From: Bugula neritina
Taxonomy: Eukaryota; Animalia; Bryozoa
Assembly (NCBI GenBank): GCA_964035545.1
Contig: CAXIUT010000012.1
Coordinates: forward strand, 47,446-72,658
DNA length: 25,213 bases
Reading direction: 5' to 3'
This document shows, piece by piece, positions 11,392-21,928 of the stretch (positions are counted from its first letter, which is position 1; each line of letters starts with the position of its first letter). The translations under genes and the position numbers were made by a program. The notes under the pieces were generated by a model that worked only from the letters and a program-made list of their open reading frames with translations, ran no database searches and was not told the origin of the DNA.

Positions 11392-11991
11392 TCATTCATC
11401 ATAGCCTCCCATATGGGCCATAACGCTATAAAAATCTTCAGCGGTGATATATCCGTCTTGGTCAAAGTCAGTCTTAACGAATATCTTGTCGACCTACTCG
11501 TCACTCAAATGTTCTCCCAACTCCTAAGCCACCTTCTTGAACTCCTGAGCTGTGATCTTTCCCTAAATATATCACAATTTTACCTTTTTATCGAAATCAA
11601 AAGACTTGAAAACATTCTCTATTTCAGCTCTTGAATGTTTTTAACCCAACTTTCCAGTAGCTAACTGAAGAAAAGCCTCGAAAGTAAGTCCTCCCACCTT
11701 TTCAGTATCAAGATCATCAAGTATTTTGTAGACAAATTTGTTAGTTGCTGCAAAACCAAGACTAACAAAAGCATTTTTCAACTCAACAGGATCAACTATG
11801 CCACTTCCATCACTATCAAAAATATCAAAGGCTCCCTTGATCTCTCGAACCTCTTCAACAGTCACATTCTCAGATACATAGTCCTCAGCACTGAAGCCTT
11901 TCTTGGCCTTATTGGTTTCTGTTCCTTTTTTTTGTTGAGGTTGGTTTTTGTTGTAAGAAGATGCTCCCCCTTTAGGTTTAGCTACGTTCAT
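11392..11991 (-). CDS. Centrin-family EF-hand protein, spasmin/infraciliary-lattice (ICL) type, 192 aa
   Basis: 21-nt intron at 11563-11583. EEVREIKGAFDIFDSDGSGIVDPVELKNAFVSLGF...DFDQDGYITAEDFY; four EF-hand layout with EF2 degenerate. Confidence 0.88.
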
Positions 11992-12146
11992 TAGAACAAT
12001 ATAATAAAGATTTAACAAAAATAAATTCTAATTCCTCCCTTTAGAAATCTTTAAAAGAGTTAATAGTCTAATATTGAAGGTTTGTGAGTAGGAGAGAGTG
12101 AAAAGAAGTATTTTTAAGGTTTATATAATTTCGAATAAAATAAAAG

Positions 12147-13010
12147 ATGAAAGTTTCAGAGAGTGATTCTAAATCATCTTACTAGAAAATGATTAAACTA
12201 AGACACACTCTCAAAGGTAAGCAATAATCAATTAAATAAATCAACCAGCCGCCATCAAAAAGTCTTAACTCAACCATCAATAAACTTATTAAAATCAACC
12301 ATAAAACAAAATAAAAAGAAAAATAAGATCAATAAAGTACCTCTTTGTTTTGGAAAAGAGTATCTATAGTTGATAGTAATTCAAAATAGCTTCCAAGAGC
12401 ATTAAATGTTAGTCCATAAAAGCAATCTTTCTCTAAATTTATGACCAGAAATACCTTTAATATCACCTCCTAAAGACAAAGAACTACTAATATTCAATAA
12501 ACTAATAAAGACTTAAGAAAAAGATTAAACAATAGTATCAAAGAAACATAGAATATGTGTAAAGATTAAATAGTACTCAAAGATATAGATAAAATAGAAA
12601 TAAAGACTCAAAATAGAATTAAAAATAAATATTAAACTAAAATAAGGAAAAAAAAATCAAAAAAATTTGGATTAACTTGTCAAAATTTCAATCAAAAAGA
12701 TAAATAATAACAAACCTTTATCAATCTCATCTCCAAATATAAATTCTAAAACCTCAGAAGTTCAGTGTCTAAAGCCCATAATTCATAGTGCTAATAAAAT
12801 AAATACTGCAACGATAAGATAAATTTATTTATGAATCCTTTTGGCAGCCAAGTAGACCTTTTGACTGAATTAAAGAAAAGACCAAGAATAAATAAGACAA
12901 TGATGAAGATGTAAAATAAGTAAGCAAAGAAACCAGAGAAGATAATTCGTAAAATATCTGTTTTAAGTCCATGGTAGAATTAGACCAAATAATTAAATGA
13001 ATAATTATGA
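12147..13010 (+). CDS. Lys/Asn-rich hypothetical protein (287 aa) ending in LSPWENE
   Basis: 864-nt ATG-to-TGA frame under TAR=Glu that fills the space between flanking genes; no recognised domain. Confidence 0.7.
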
Positions 13011-13064
13011 TATTTATCTTATTGATATATTTGAATATTGGTGATAATCATATTTTTAGAACTG

Positions 13065-13527
13065 ATGAAACGTACCAAATAGACCTTCTTCAGAAACTTT
13101 CCGACATAAAACTAAAACGTGTAAAGCTCAGGCTGTAGAGAGTTCTAAGGATAAGATCTAAGTACAAAATACTGATAATCTAGAATACTAATCTAGAAAA
13201 ACTTTCTTCAAAAACAAACAAAAACAATGGCTAGACCAACAAATAGAATAAAAAAGACAAAGAAAAGAACAAGAAAAACTGGAAAATTAAATGTATCATA
13301 TCCAGCAAAATTAACTCAACAGAATGAGAGGCATGCTCGAAGATAACTTCCAAAGAACTAAACATAATATGAATGTTAGTACAACAGAATTCAACAAACA
13401 ACAAGATCTCTAAAGAAAAATAAAAGAACAAAACATCAAACAAGCTAATCTACAATACCAAAAAGAATAAGTTGAGTACTTGAAAACAAGAGGAGCCAAA
13501 CAAGATTTCTACATGGATGTCAAATGA
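13065..13527 (+). CDS. RIB43A: RIB43A-family microtubule inner protein, short form (146 aa)
   Basis: 22-nt intron at 13162-13183. SSGCREFEGEDL...QKQWLDQQIEEK matches the FxGEDL...W..QQ..E RIB43A motif, followed by coiled coil. Confidence 0.8.
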
Positions 13528-13656
13528 TTCCCTTCTAAATCATCTCTCCTATATTTTTAATATTTAAATGGGCAGAAAAGTTAAGCAAAGAATTAAAAAT
13601 GGATCATATTTAAACAAAGAATTTAAAATAGTTAATAATTTGTTTAATTATAGAAG

Positions 13657-14032
13657 ATGCAGTATGTTGCCGCTCTTGCCCTTGCCAGTCTCTCAGAAAA
13701 AACTCCTAGTATATGCTTACTTATTCAGCAAAAGAGTCAGTTTTGACCATTCTGAAAGCTGCAGGCAATGCTGTTGATTAATCACAGGTTGATGCCTTGT
13801 TTTCAGCTCTCAAAAATAGAAAAGTTGAAGAAGTAAATTCATGGATATTCAGGTTATTAGTAAAGGGTTAGTCAAAGTTTTAGCTCTAACCAAGGATAAG
13901 TCTCCTGAAAAGAAAGAAAAGATTGAAAAGAAAGAGATCGAGAAAGAAGATAAAAAGAAGAGAGAAAAATCACCTTTAGGATCTGCTGAATATTCTGGTC
14001 CTGAAGATCTGTTTGATGACATTTTTGCCTGA
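13657..14032 (+). CDS. RPLP2: 60S acidic ribosomal protein P2, divergent C-terminus (111 aa)
   Basis: Introns at 13709-13728 and 13833-13852 (20 nt). MQYVAALALASL...PTKESVLTILKAAG..VDESQV..LFSALKNRKVEEVISKG is the P2 N-terminal domain. Confidence 0.85.
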
Positions 14033-14254
14033 CTCTTAACAATGATCCAATCCCATTAGATATCTTTATCTAATAAAAGACTTATTTATAGTTATTGATC
14101 AGTTTATAAATTTGGCAACTAATCTAGCCAAAATATTTTTTATTATTATTCCAAGACAATGGAACCTCTTTTTCTATTAATTTGACTCTTAAAAGGGTAT
14201 TAAGGATAAATTGTTATAAATTAAATTAAAATAATATTAATTATTGTGTGATAG

Positions 14255-15108
14255 ATGAAGGTAGTTCTTAGATAATTTAGTTCAGTATCTCATACCCTAC
14301 CAACGGAACAACCAAATCAATCGATATTGATGATGACAACCGCTGCAGAATCTTCTTTGAAAAAAGAATGGGTCAGGAAGTATAGGCAGATTCTCTAGGA
14401 TAATAGTTCAAAGGATATATCTTCAGAATCAATGGAGGATTTGATGTTGATGGATTCGCCATGAAACAAGGAATCTTCAGCAGCCACAGAATCAGATTAC
14501 TACTCTCACCTGGATCCAAAGGATATCGATGCAAAAGAAAAGGATAAAGAAAAAGAAGATCAGTTAGAGGATGTATCGTAGGACCTGATATCAAAATGCT
14601 CTCACTTACTCTCATCAAAAAAGGGTAAAAAGATATTCCGGGACTTACCGATGATGTTAAATCTAGAAGACTTGGACCTAAAAGATCCTCTGGTGTAAGA
14701 AAGCTTTATGGTATTGAAAAAACATAAAACTAAAAGACATTGTCCAGTTCATGTGCTCTTATCAAAAAACACATCATCAGAAGAACCTTCAAAAGCAAGA
14801 AGAATCCTAATGCTGCCATGAGACAAAAAGCTCCTAAGATTCAAAGATTAGTGACTGAAGCTAGACTAAGAAGAAAAAGAATTCAAAAGAATGATAAAAT
14901 GAAGAAATGGAGAAGTTCTCTTGCTGAAGCAAAGTAATACAAAGAACTCCATGACAAGTGGATGTCCAAGAAGAACAGTGACCTTAAGCAACAAAGAAAA
15001 GCATCAAAAGTTGAAGAAAAGCCAGTGAAATAAGTTCCAAAAGTTGTTGCTAAGAAAGAAGAACCCAAGAAAGTAACCAAAGTAGAAAAACCAAAGGCTA
15101 AAAAATGA
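14255..15108 (+). CDS. RPS6: 40S ribosomal protein S6 (eS6), 277 aa
   Basis: 20-nt intron at 14261-14280 after [65 protein letters not shown]. Confidence 0.97.
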
Positions 15109-15177
15109 TGTGAATATGTCTAATCATTGAATAAATATCAATTTACCAAACCTATATAATAATCACAAATAATATTA

Positions 15178-16238
15178 ATGGAATCTTTTAAAAAGGTTTT
15201 CGAAACTCTCTTTAGCCAGAAAGTATCATGCAATGATAACTTTGACCCATAAATTGCACACGAGCATATGTATCTATTCAACTATACAGGAGTCAAGAAG
15301 AAGACTACTTGCCAGCTCATAACAACTCCAGAAGAAAAGTACCAGGTTTCGAGCGACTATTAGAACCAATACTTGGAATTACAGGAGAACATTAATCTAT
15401 AAAAGGCTTCAAATTCGACATTGCAGTGCCTGTAAGTGAATACTTCCAAGTTTTTCAGTCATGGGAAATCCCTAACAGCGGTATCAAAGAAGAAGGAAAC
15501 AGCATGATGCAGGCAATGATGGGTCGTCGCTCTTCTAAGCCGACCTATAACTTTACTGCTCAACTAGCAAAAGACATTACTTCTCCATTTTAAGCTCCAG
15601 GATTGCTAATGATGGGAAAATTCGATAGCTAGGGTAAAGTTGATAGTATTCTTCTTAAGAAATTAACAAGAAACCTAAATCTCAAACTAAGTGCTAATTT
15701 TATGAGCAGTAAAACAGAAGATGGAGCCTTAGCTGCAGATCTTTAATACTCAGATCTCGATTCAGAAGTCAGTTTGAAAGTACAACACCATCCCATGCAA
15801 GGTCTTGTTGGATCATGTCAATATATGCAAAGACTTCATAGAAGCATCATGGTTGGTTTTGATTTCACACAACTTTTCTCACATAAAAAGAGTCTCTTTA
15901 GCTATGGATTCAAATACTTTTTGGGAAATCACACTTTATATGCTTCTTCCATCCAAGGAGGAGCCCAATATCATCTAGGATATGCTATTCCAATTAGAAA
16001 AGGCACCAGTTTTGTCAGTCATTACAAATTTGAACAATAACAAGGATCAACAACCACAATAGGACTAAAACAGCGAACCTAAGCAGCAGATATAACAGCC
16101 ACAATAAACTCCAAAGGAAAATTAACAACAGTTTTAGGTATAAAATCATCTCCATTAAGTCTAAAACTCAGTGCTGAAGTCGATTACCTTCGAGATAATT
16201 ATTCTTTCGGCTATGGCATATCTATTGGGCCTCAATGA
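15178..16238 (+). CDS. TOM40: Mitochondrial import channel Tom40 (eukaryotic porin family), 346 aa
   Basis: 20-nt intron at 15270-15289. KGFKFDI, alternating beta-strand pattern, QYMQRL, LSAEVDY and a terminal beta-signal YSFGYGISIG. Confidence 0.8.
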
Positions 16239-16289
16239 TATCTTAACTTATTTTTGAAAGAGTAGTAATGATCAAAAGTAAATGAAGAA

Positions 16290-17125
16290 TCAACTCACTA
16301 TAAAGTATATCATTCCTCCCAACAATATCAACACAACAATAATCACAGTAACTATAATAAATATCTTTTTTTTATGTTTCTTTTGATATTATGCTGCCTA
16401 ATCCAACTAGTTATTAGCCTAAGCAGCATTATAGTGAGCATCTTATAGGTTATGACCGATAGCATCGACCATATCTTTTTGTTCTCCTGCTACCATTTCG
16501 CCCATATCTTGGATAATACCCTGAATTTGTCGATTTTTAGCCTAAAGCTACTTGATCATGGCTGTCCTTTATGCCATCATTTGCTGCTAAGCTTTCATAT
16601 CAGCCAGCATGTCTTCACTAGCAACCAAAGAACTAGACTATCTAACAGGGTATAACTTATTCTCCTTTATCGGAAGAACCTACTTATCCAGCTCGGTTCT
16701 ACTTTTAAGAAGAGGATTGGATGTTGATTCTTGTCGATAGTATGAATTCGAATTGGAAGCTCTATTAATGAAATCCCCCATAATTCGTTTATTCCTTTAC
16801 ATTTACTTACTAGCTAATCCACAAAGTTCTTTTATTTTTTTTTTAGATGGTGGATCAATAAAATCTCTCGTCAACTGTTCAAGCATCCTCTTTAGATCTT
16901 TTATTTATTTCTAAATAAGAGAAATAGTACCTCTATGAAAGAAGTTTGAGATTTGATAGCTGTTCTAATGTCATTTTATAGTTAGTTATCACATTGTTTT
17001 TGAAGTTAGTTATTTTTGTTTTTAAGCGTTTTTATTTTAAGCTATACTTGCTAAAACCTCTTCTTTTGTTGTATTGTTTGCTTCTTGCCCTTTCCTGCCA
17101 CCAAATTCTACTACAAATCGTTCAT
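16290..17125 (-). CDS. Qa-SNARE syntaxin (Stx7/12/Pep12-like), 271 aa
   Basis: 20-nt intron at 16911-16930. SNARE motif ERTAMIKELE...IIQDMGEMVAGEQKDMVDAIGHNL...ELDEAAEYQKK, then a basic stretch and a C-terminal transmembrane anchor. Confidence 0.85.
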
Positions 17126-17299
17126 ATTATCAGATATTAATAGAAATATAATCTATCATACCAAAAAATCAACTAACTTGACATCAAAAAGATATATCAA
17201 AGAACTTGACATCAATTCGATATATCGAATAGCTAATATTCAAAATATATAAGAATGAACCTATTTATTAATATATTTTTATTAATATTAAATAGCTCG

Positions 17300-17941
17300 A
17301 TGCCACCCCAGAAAGAAACATCATCATCGCATACTCTAACCTCTCTACGACAGCAACTACGAAACAAGCTGTTACAATTTGGTTTAGATATAAATGACTA
17401 AAAATAAAGAAAATCAAGATAGCATAAATCAAATAAAAAGCATAATTAATAATAAACACTACCTGTATTACATTCATTTCGAAGTAATAAAATATTATCA
17501 TAAATAAAGTAGGCATTTTCATTTAATTATCAACAAACTATCAACCAACATTATCAGGAAAAAGCATTATCAAAATAAATACTAAAGGGAGTTAAATATA
17601 ACACAAAAATATAAAAATAACATAGATATTCAAAATAAATCAATAAAAAACATAAACAATAAATAAAATCACTAAGATATTAATAAAAACTACCATCCTT
17701 GTAAAGATAAAGTTCAAATAATTTAAAAAAGCCATAAAAATAATGGATTGAAGTCATCAAAAGTATGAAATTAACTTAACCTCTCACTATTAATAAAAAT
17801 AATAAAGATAATAGATAGAAAGGAAGATCAAAAACATAATAAAAATAAAAAATAATTAAAAAATATAGATTTAAATCCAGTAAAGATATTACCCCTTGGT
17901 AACCTTAAAATTATCATGATACTCGAATATTTTTTAATTGA
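17300..17941 (+). CDS. Lys/Glu-rich hypothetical protein (213 aa) ending in ITPWEPE
   Basis: 642-nt ATG-to-TGA frame under TAR=Glu; no recognised domain. Confidence 0.65.
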
Positions 17942-17958
17942 CATTTTTATTATTAATT

Positions 17959-18423
17959 ATGTTCTACGTACCTTAAGGACACATAGATAAATATTCCATT
18001 AAATTCATCAAAAAAATACAATACAATCTTCAAACTAAAAATCATCTGAAAACTATCAAAACTATTGATAAAAATTAATCCAATAGCTAAAATAAACAAA
18101 ATAAACAAAGTAAAACATAAAGAAGACGATTTAAAACTGTCACACAAGATATTCAACCTAAAAAATAAAGCCTTCCCAGTAAAATTCATCAAAATAAAAT
18201 ATAATTACCTCTTATCGAGTAAAAAAGACTCTTCCTCAGAGGAGCCATGACAGGCCGTGTTCATAATAAATAACTTACCTGTAAAAAAATAAACTCAGGA
18301 CCAAAAACCAACAGAATCATGAAAAAATAAATAGATATTATCAAAAAAAAAACTACAGAACCAGTCAGTAAAGACTTTTTTCTAATTTAACCATGGGAAG
18401 ACGAATAAACTTACTTCCATTGA
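17959..18423 (+). CDS. Lys-rich hypothetical protein (154 aa) ending in IEPWEDE
   Basis: 465-nt ATG-to-TGA frame under TAR=Glu; no recognised domain. Confidence 0.65.
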
Positions 18424-18461
18424 TTCTTATTCTCAAAATAATACTATCATTTCATTGTAAA

Positions 18462-19174
18462 TCACTATCTACTATTATACTTAAACCTCTTCTGAGAAGA
18501 CTAACTCTCTTTTTCCTCTTCTGGCCGACGACAGTACTCACATGTAAATTCAAGACAAGCAATGTCTTAAGACTTCACTTTAACTCCTGCACATTCAAGG
18601 TGGTACCAACTTGATCCTCGACATTTTGCCTCATTATTGCATTGAATCCAAATAGAAGCGGGAATTATCTTCCCACAAATACATTTATCTTAATCCTAGT
18701 TTTATATTTTTTTTATCTCCTTCTCAGGCTTATCGATACGTTCTATCGGTCTTTCTTCTTCTCTTTGCTCTTACTCAGCCTTTTTTCTTGAATTTTATTA
18801 TTCAAGGTCATTCAGGATGACTCTTTAAAGATTGAAAGAGTTAAAAAATGCCCTTTCAGTTAATGAAGAAATATGTTCAGGATTTATCGCTCTGATTTGA
18901 TAGGTATTCTCCCTCCTAATGATGACTTTATTATTCTCAGGAATTTCGGCAATAGCTGCATGCGAAGTATTGATAACCTTAATAGTTTTAAAAATACTTA
19001 AAGAAAGTCATCTTCGCTGGTCATTGTGTTCAAAGATGATTTGATCTTTTAAAAATCATCTTTGTAGAGAGGATTAGTTTTAACCATTTTGAGTACTTCC
19101 TCTCGATGTTGAGCAGGGACAGCTATTCCAAATTTAAGCAAGGCTAAGTGGTCTAGGTTAGGTGGTGCGTTCAT
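18462..19174 (-). CDS. PHD-finger protein (ING-like C4HC3 finger), 230 aa
   Basis: 20-nt intron at 18978-18997. CICGKIIPASIWIQCNNEAKCRGSSWYHLECAGV...FTCEYC. Confidence 0.82.
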
Positions 19175-19305
19175 ACTTTAAAGCAATCAATTATAGCTAA
19201 GCGCTATGATATATTTCAATAAATAACGTTTTTAAAAATATGAAAAGCAAAAGATGGTTTGAATGATAGTGATATATTTTGATAATAATGATGATGAAGA
19301 TCAGG

Positions 19306-19850
19306 TCATACATCCCAATAGATTTTGTGTGTCATGATGTTGTAGAAATCATCTCCAGTAACAAAACCATCTTCATCAAGGTCAGCCTTATCGAACATAT
19401 GGTTAAGTTCTTCTTCAGGAAGACTTTCTCCCAACTCATTAGCAATCTTCTTCAGTTATAAAGAACTGATCTTTCCCTAAATAAATATAATAGTACGCAT
19501 TTGTTGATATCGAAAGAAGTCCAAACTTTGTCGATTTCTGCTCTACTGTCTTTCTCTCCCATCTTGGCTGTAGCCAATCTTAAAAACTCTGGGAACTCAA
19601 TACCTCCTGACTGGTCGTCATCAAGTTCAGCCAAGATCTGATAGATAAACTTCTGGTTTCCTGCGAATCCAAGTTGTTCAAAGGCAGCTTTAAGTTCTTG
19701 AGGATCAACGACTCCACTAAGATCACCATCAAAGATATCAAAGGCAGTCTTAACATCTCTAACTTCTTCAACTGGGACAGTTAAGCTAGCATAGTCTTAA
19801 GCTCTGAAAGCTTTCTTTTAAGGTTTAACTGGTTGTTTACCCTTGGACAT
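19306..19850 (-). CDS. Spasmin/ICL-type centrin EF-hand protein, 174 aa
   Basis: 20-nt intron at 19477-19496, the same position as in the paralog at 11.4-12.0 kb. Loops DGDLSGVVDPQE, DDDQSGGIEFPE, DINKCGKISSLE, DLDEDGFVTGDD; ends FYNIMTHKIYWDV*. Confidence 0.9.
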
Positions 19851-20169
19851 CAATAGATCTTTGATTTGTAATAAAATTTAATTATACAATTAATTTCAGC
19901 TTATATAATAAAGCAGCCAAACCAACCAACCGAATCAATCATCTCCTAAAAACTATTCGACACTACAATCATTTAATTCCATCGTAAAAATTCATAAAAT
20001 ATTAATTTTTCATGTCATAAAATTAATTTCATTCATCCATTTACTAAAATATTCATATTTCACGTAATAATTACCGTCCAAAAAACATCTTATAAAGTGA
20101 TACAAAAACGTTTTTTAAAAAATTTGTGATTATACTAAAACAATATCATAGTATAGTATTTGATAAATA

Positions 20170-20882
20170 ATGTTTAACTTTCTTAAAATATTTAACTTGG
20201 GAAAAAAATCTCATTCAAAATAGAAATAATCAAACCAATAAGACCAAGGTATCTACTTTCTTACGAAGAATAATCACTCAAAAAATAAATTGGCAAAGAT
20301 AAATACAGTGAATCTCGTGCTATCTAGCAATAAAAGATGAATGCCGCCAAAATAAAGGAGAATAAATGCCTTTAGAAATAAATTATCTCTCAATATAACA
20401 ATAAAATTTTCTCAAAAATATCAAAGATGCCCCATAATTTTCTTTCAAGGGTAAAATTTTTCTGGGTAAAGTGGTCAAAGTGTTAGATGGCGATACACTA
20501 AAAGCTGTAATAATGTTCTAAACAAGCCAACCAAGCTTACTTTCAAGTTACAATAAGTTGATACTCCATAAGCAAGGGCAGGAAAAGCTAAAAAATTGGA
20601 ATAAAAGTCAAATAGGTTATGATGGATATGTTGGAATGAAAGATGGTGAAGATCTAAGTAGGATAAACGTATAAATACGGAAGAATACTGGCATGGATTT
20701 ATACATATTCAAAATCAAAAGAAATATGTATAAATGAATTCCTACTTGAGAATAACATGGCAAAAAGCTATGATGGAAAAAGCAAAAAACCAGAATTTAC
20801 TCACTCTGACTAAAAAGTGTTTTTTTAGAATTTTGAATAAACGTGGCCTAAAACTAAAAACTATCCCAGAAGTATGATCTGA
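20170..20882 (+). pseudogene. Disrupted SNase/thermonuclease paralog
   Basis: Aligns with the downstream intact copy (GKVVKVLDGDT, VDTPE, KYGRILA, AKSYDGK, WPxTxxYP). 20-nt introns at 20249-20268 and 20308-20327. One-base deletions near 20520 and 20596 and an in-frame TGA at 20637-20639. Sequencing error cannot be excluded. Confidence 0.72.
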
Positions 20883-21094
20883 TATCATTAACATCCTTAT
20901 TTATACTTAAATTATCTAATACTAAAATTCTATCATCAATTTATAATAATTACAATAACTATTGCTAATAACATCCTTTCCAACTATAAACATAACTTAT
21001 TGATCTCTATCACTGAGGACGATTCAATATTCAAGTTAGAGTAATTGTTATAATTGTACAAAGTTTAACATAATAATTATTTATATTTAAGATA

Positions 21095-21789
21095 ATGAAA
21101 AATTCAGATTCAGACTATGTGGCTTAGGACTAGGGTATTTTATGAAAAATATAGGATCATCAGCAAATGAAAACAAAAATAAAAAACAACACAAGCCCAA
21201 CAAAACAATCAGACTCAACAAACAATAAATGATTAATACAGCTATAAAAACATTTCTACCATAAGGAAAAACACTCTCGAAAATGCAACCCCTCTCCAAC
21301 CAACAATACGATACACTCCTAAATATCAAAGACGCACAGTAGTTTTCATTAAATTATAAAACCTTTTTAGGAAAAGTTATCAAAGTTACAGATGGCGATA
21401 CTCTCAGAGCAGCAGTATGGCTCAATAATACGCCTACTAAATTTATTTTTAGACTGGGAGGCATCGATACTCCTGAGACGAGAAAGGGATAAGCCAAATA
21501 ATTTGGTAAAAAAGTAAAAGAAATCATGACGAATATGATATCATAGAAAATGGTTAAAATATAGGCAGGATAGACTTAAAAATATGGCAGAATTTTAGCT
21601 AGAATTTATACATATTCTAATTAGAAATAAATTTGTATCAATGACTTTTTGTTGGAGAATTAAATGGCCAAAAGTTATCAAGGAAAAACCAAAATATAAT
21701 TCACAAGCTAAGATTAAGAAGATTTTTTCTAAAACATCAAACAAAAAAAATGGCCCATCACTCAACACTATCCCAAAGAACTCTTCTGA
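21095..21789 (+). CDS. Stand-alone staphylococcal nuclease (SNase/thermonuclease) family protein, 224 aa
   Basis: 20-nt intron at 21135-21154. FSLNYKTFLGKVIKVTDGDTL, FRLGGIDTPE, EKYGRILA, INDFLLENEMAKSYQGKTK; the DGDT, R-L-x-G-I-D-T-P-E and YGR catalytic motifs are present. Confidence 0.88.
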
Positions 21790-21795
21790 TATCAA

Positions 21796-21928
21796 TTATC
21801 AACTATCATACCTTCCATCATCAACTATCATACCTTGCCATCATCTATCATACCTTCCATCATCATCTATCATACCTTCCTTCATCTATCATACCTTCCA
21901 TCATCAACTATCATACCTTCCATCATCT
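21796..21928. repeat. 19-22-nt tandem repeat directly downstream of the SNase stop codon
   Basis: CTATCATACCTTCCATCAT(CAA) repeated about 6 times. Confidence 0.85.

Noticed and set aside
11934-11948. Near match (AAAACCAACCTCAAC on the minus strand) to the Tetrahymena chromosome breakage sequence
   Set aside because: It lies in centrin coding sequence (KNQPQ), mismatches the last consensus position, and is not next to any telomere tract.
20330-20345. Euplotes-like +1 frameshift at AGA TGA in SNase copy 1, and similar apparent frameshifts in other genes
   Set aside because: Explained by canonical 20-nt introns (e.g. 20249-20268 plus 20308-20327); no recoding is needed.
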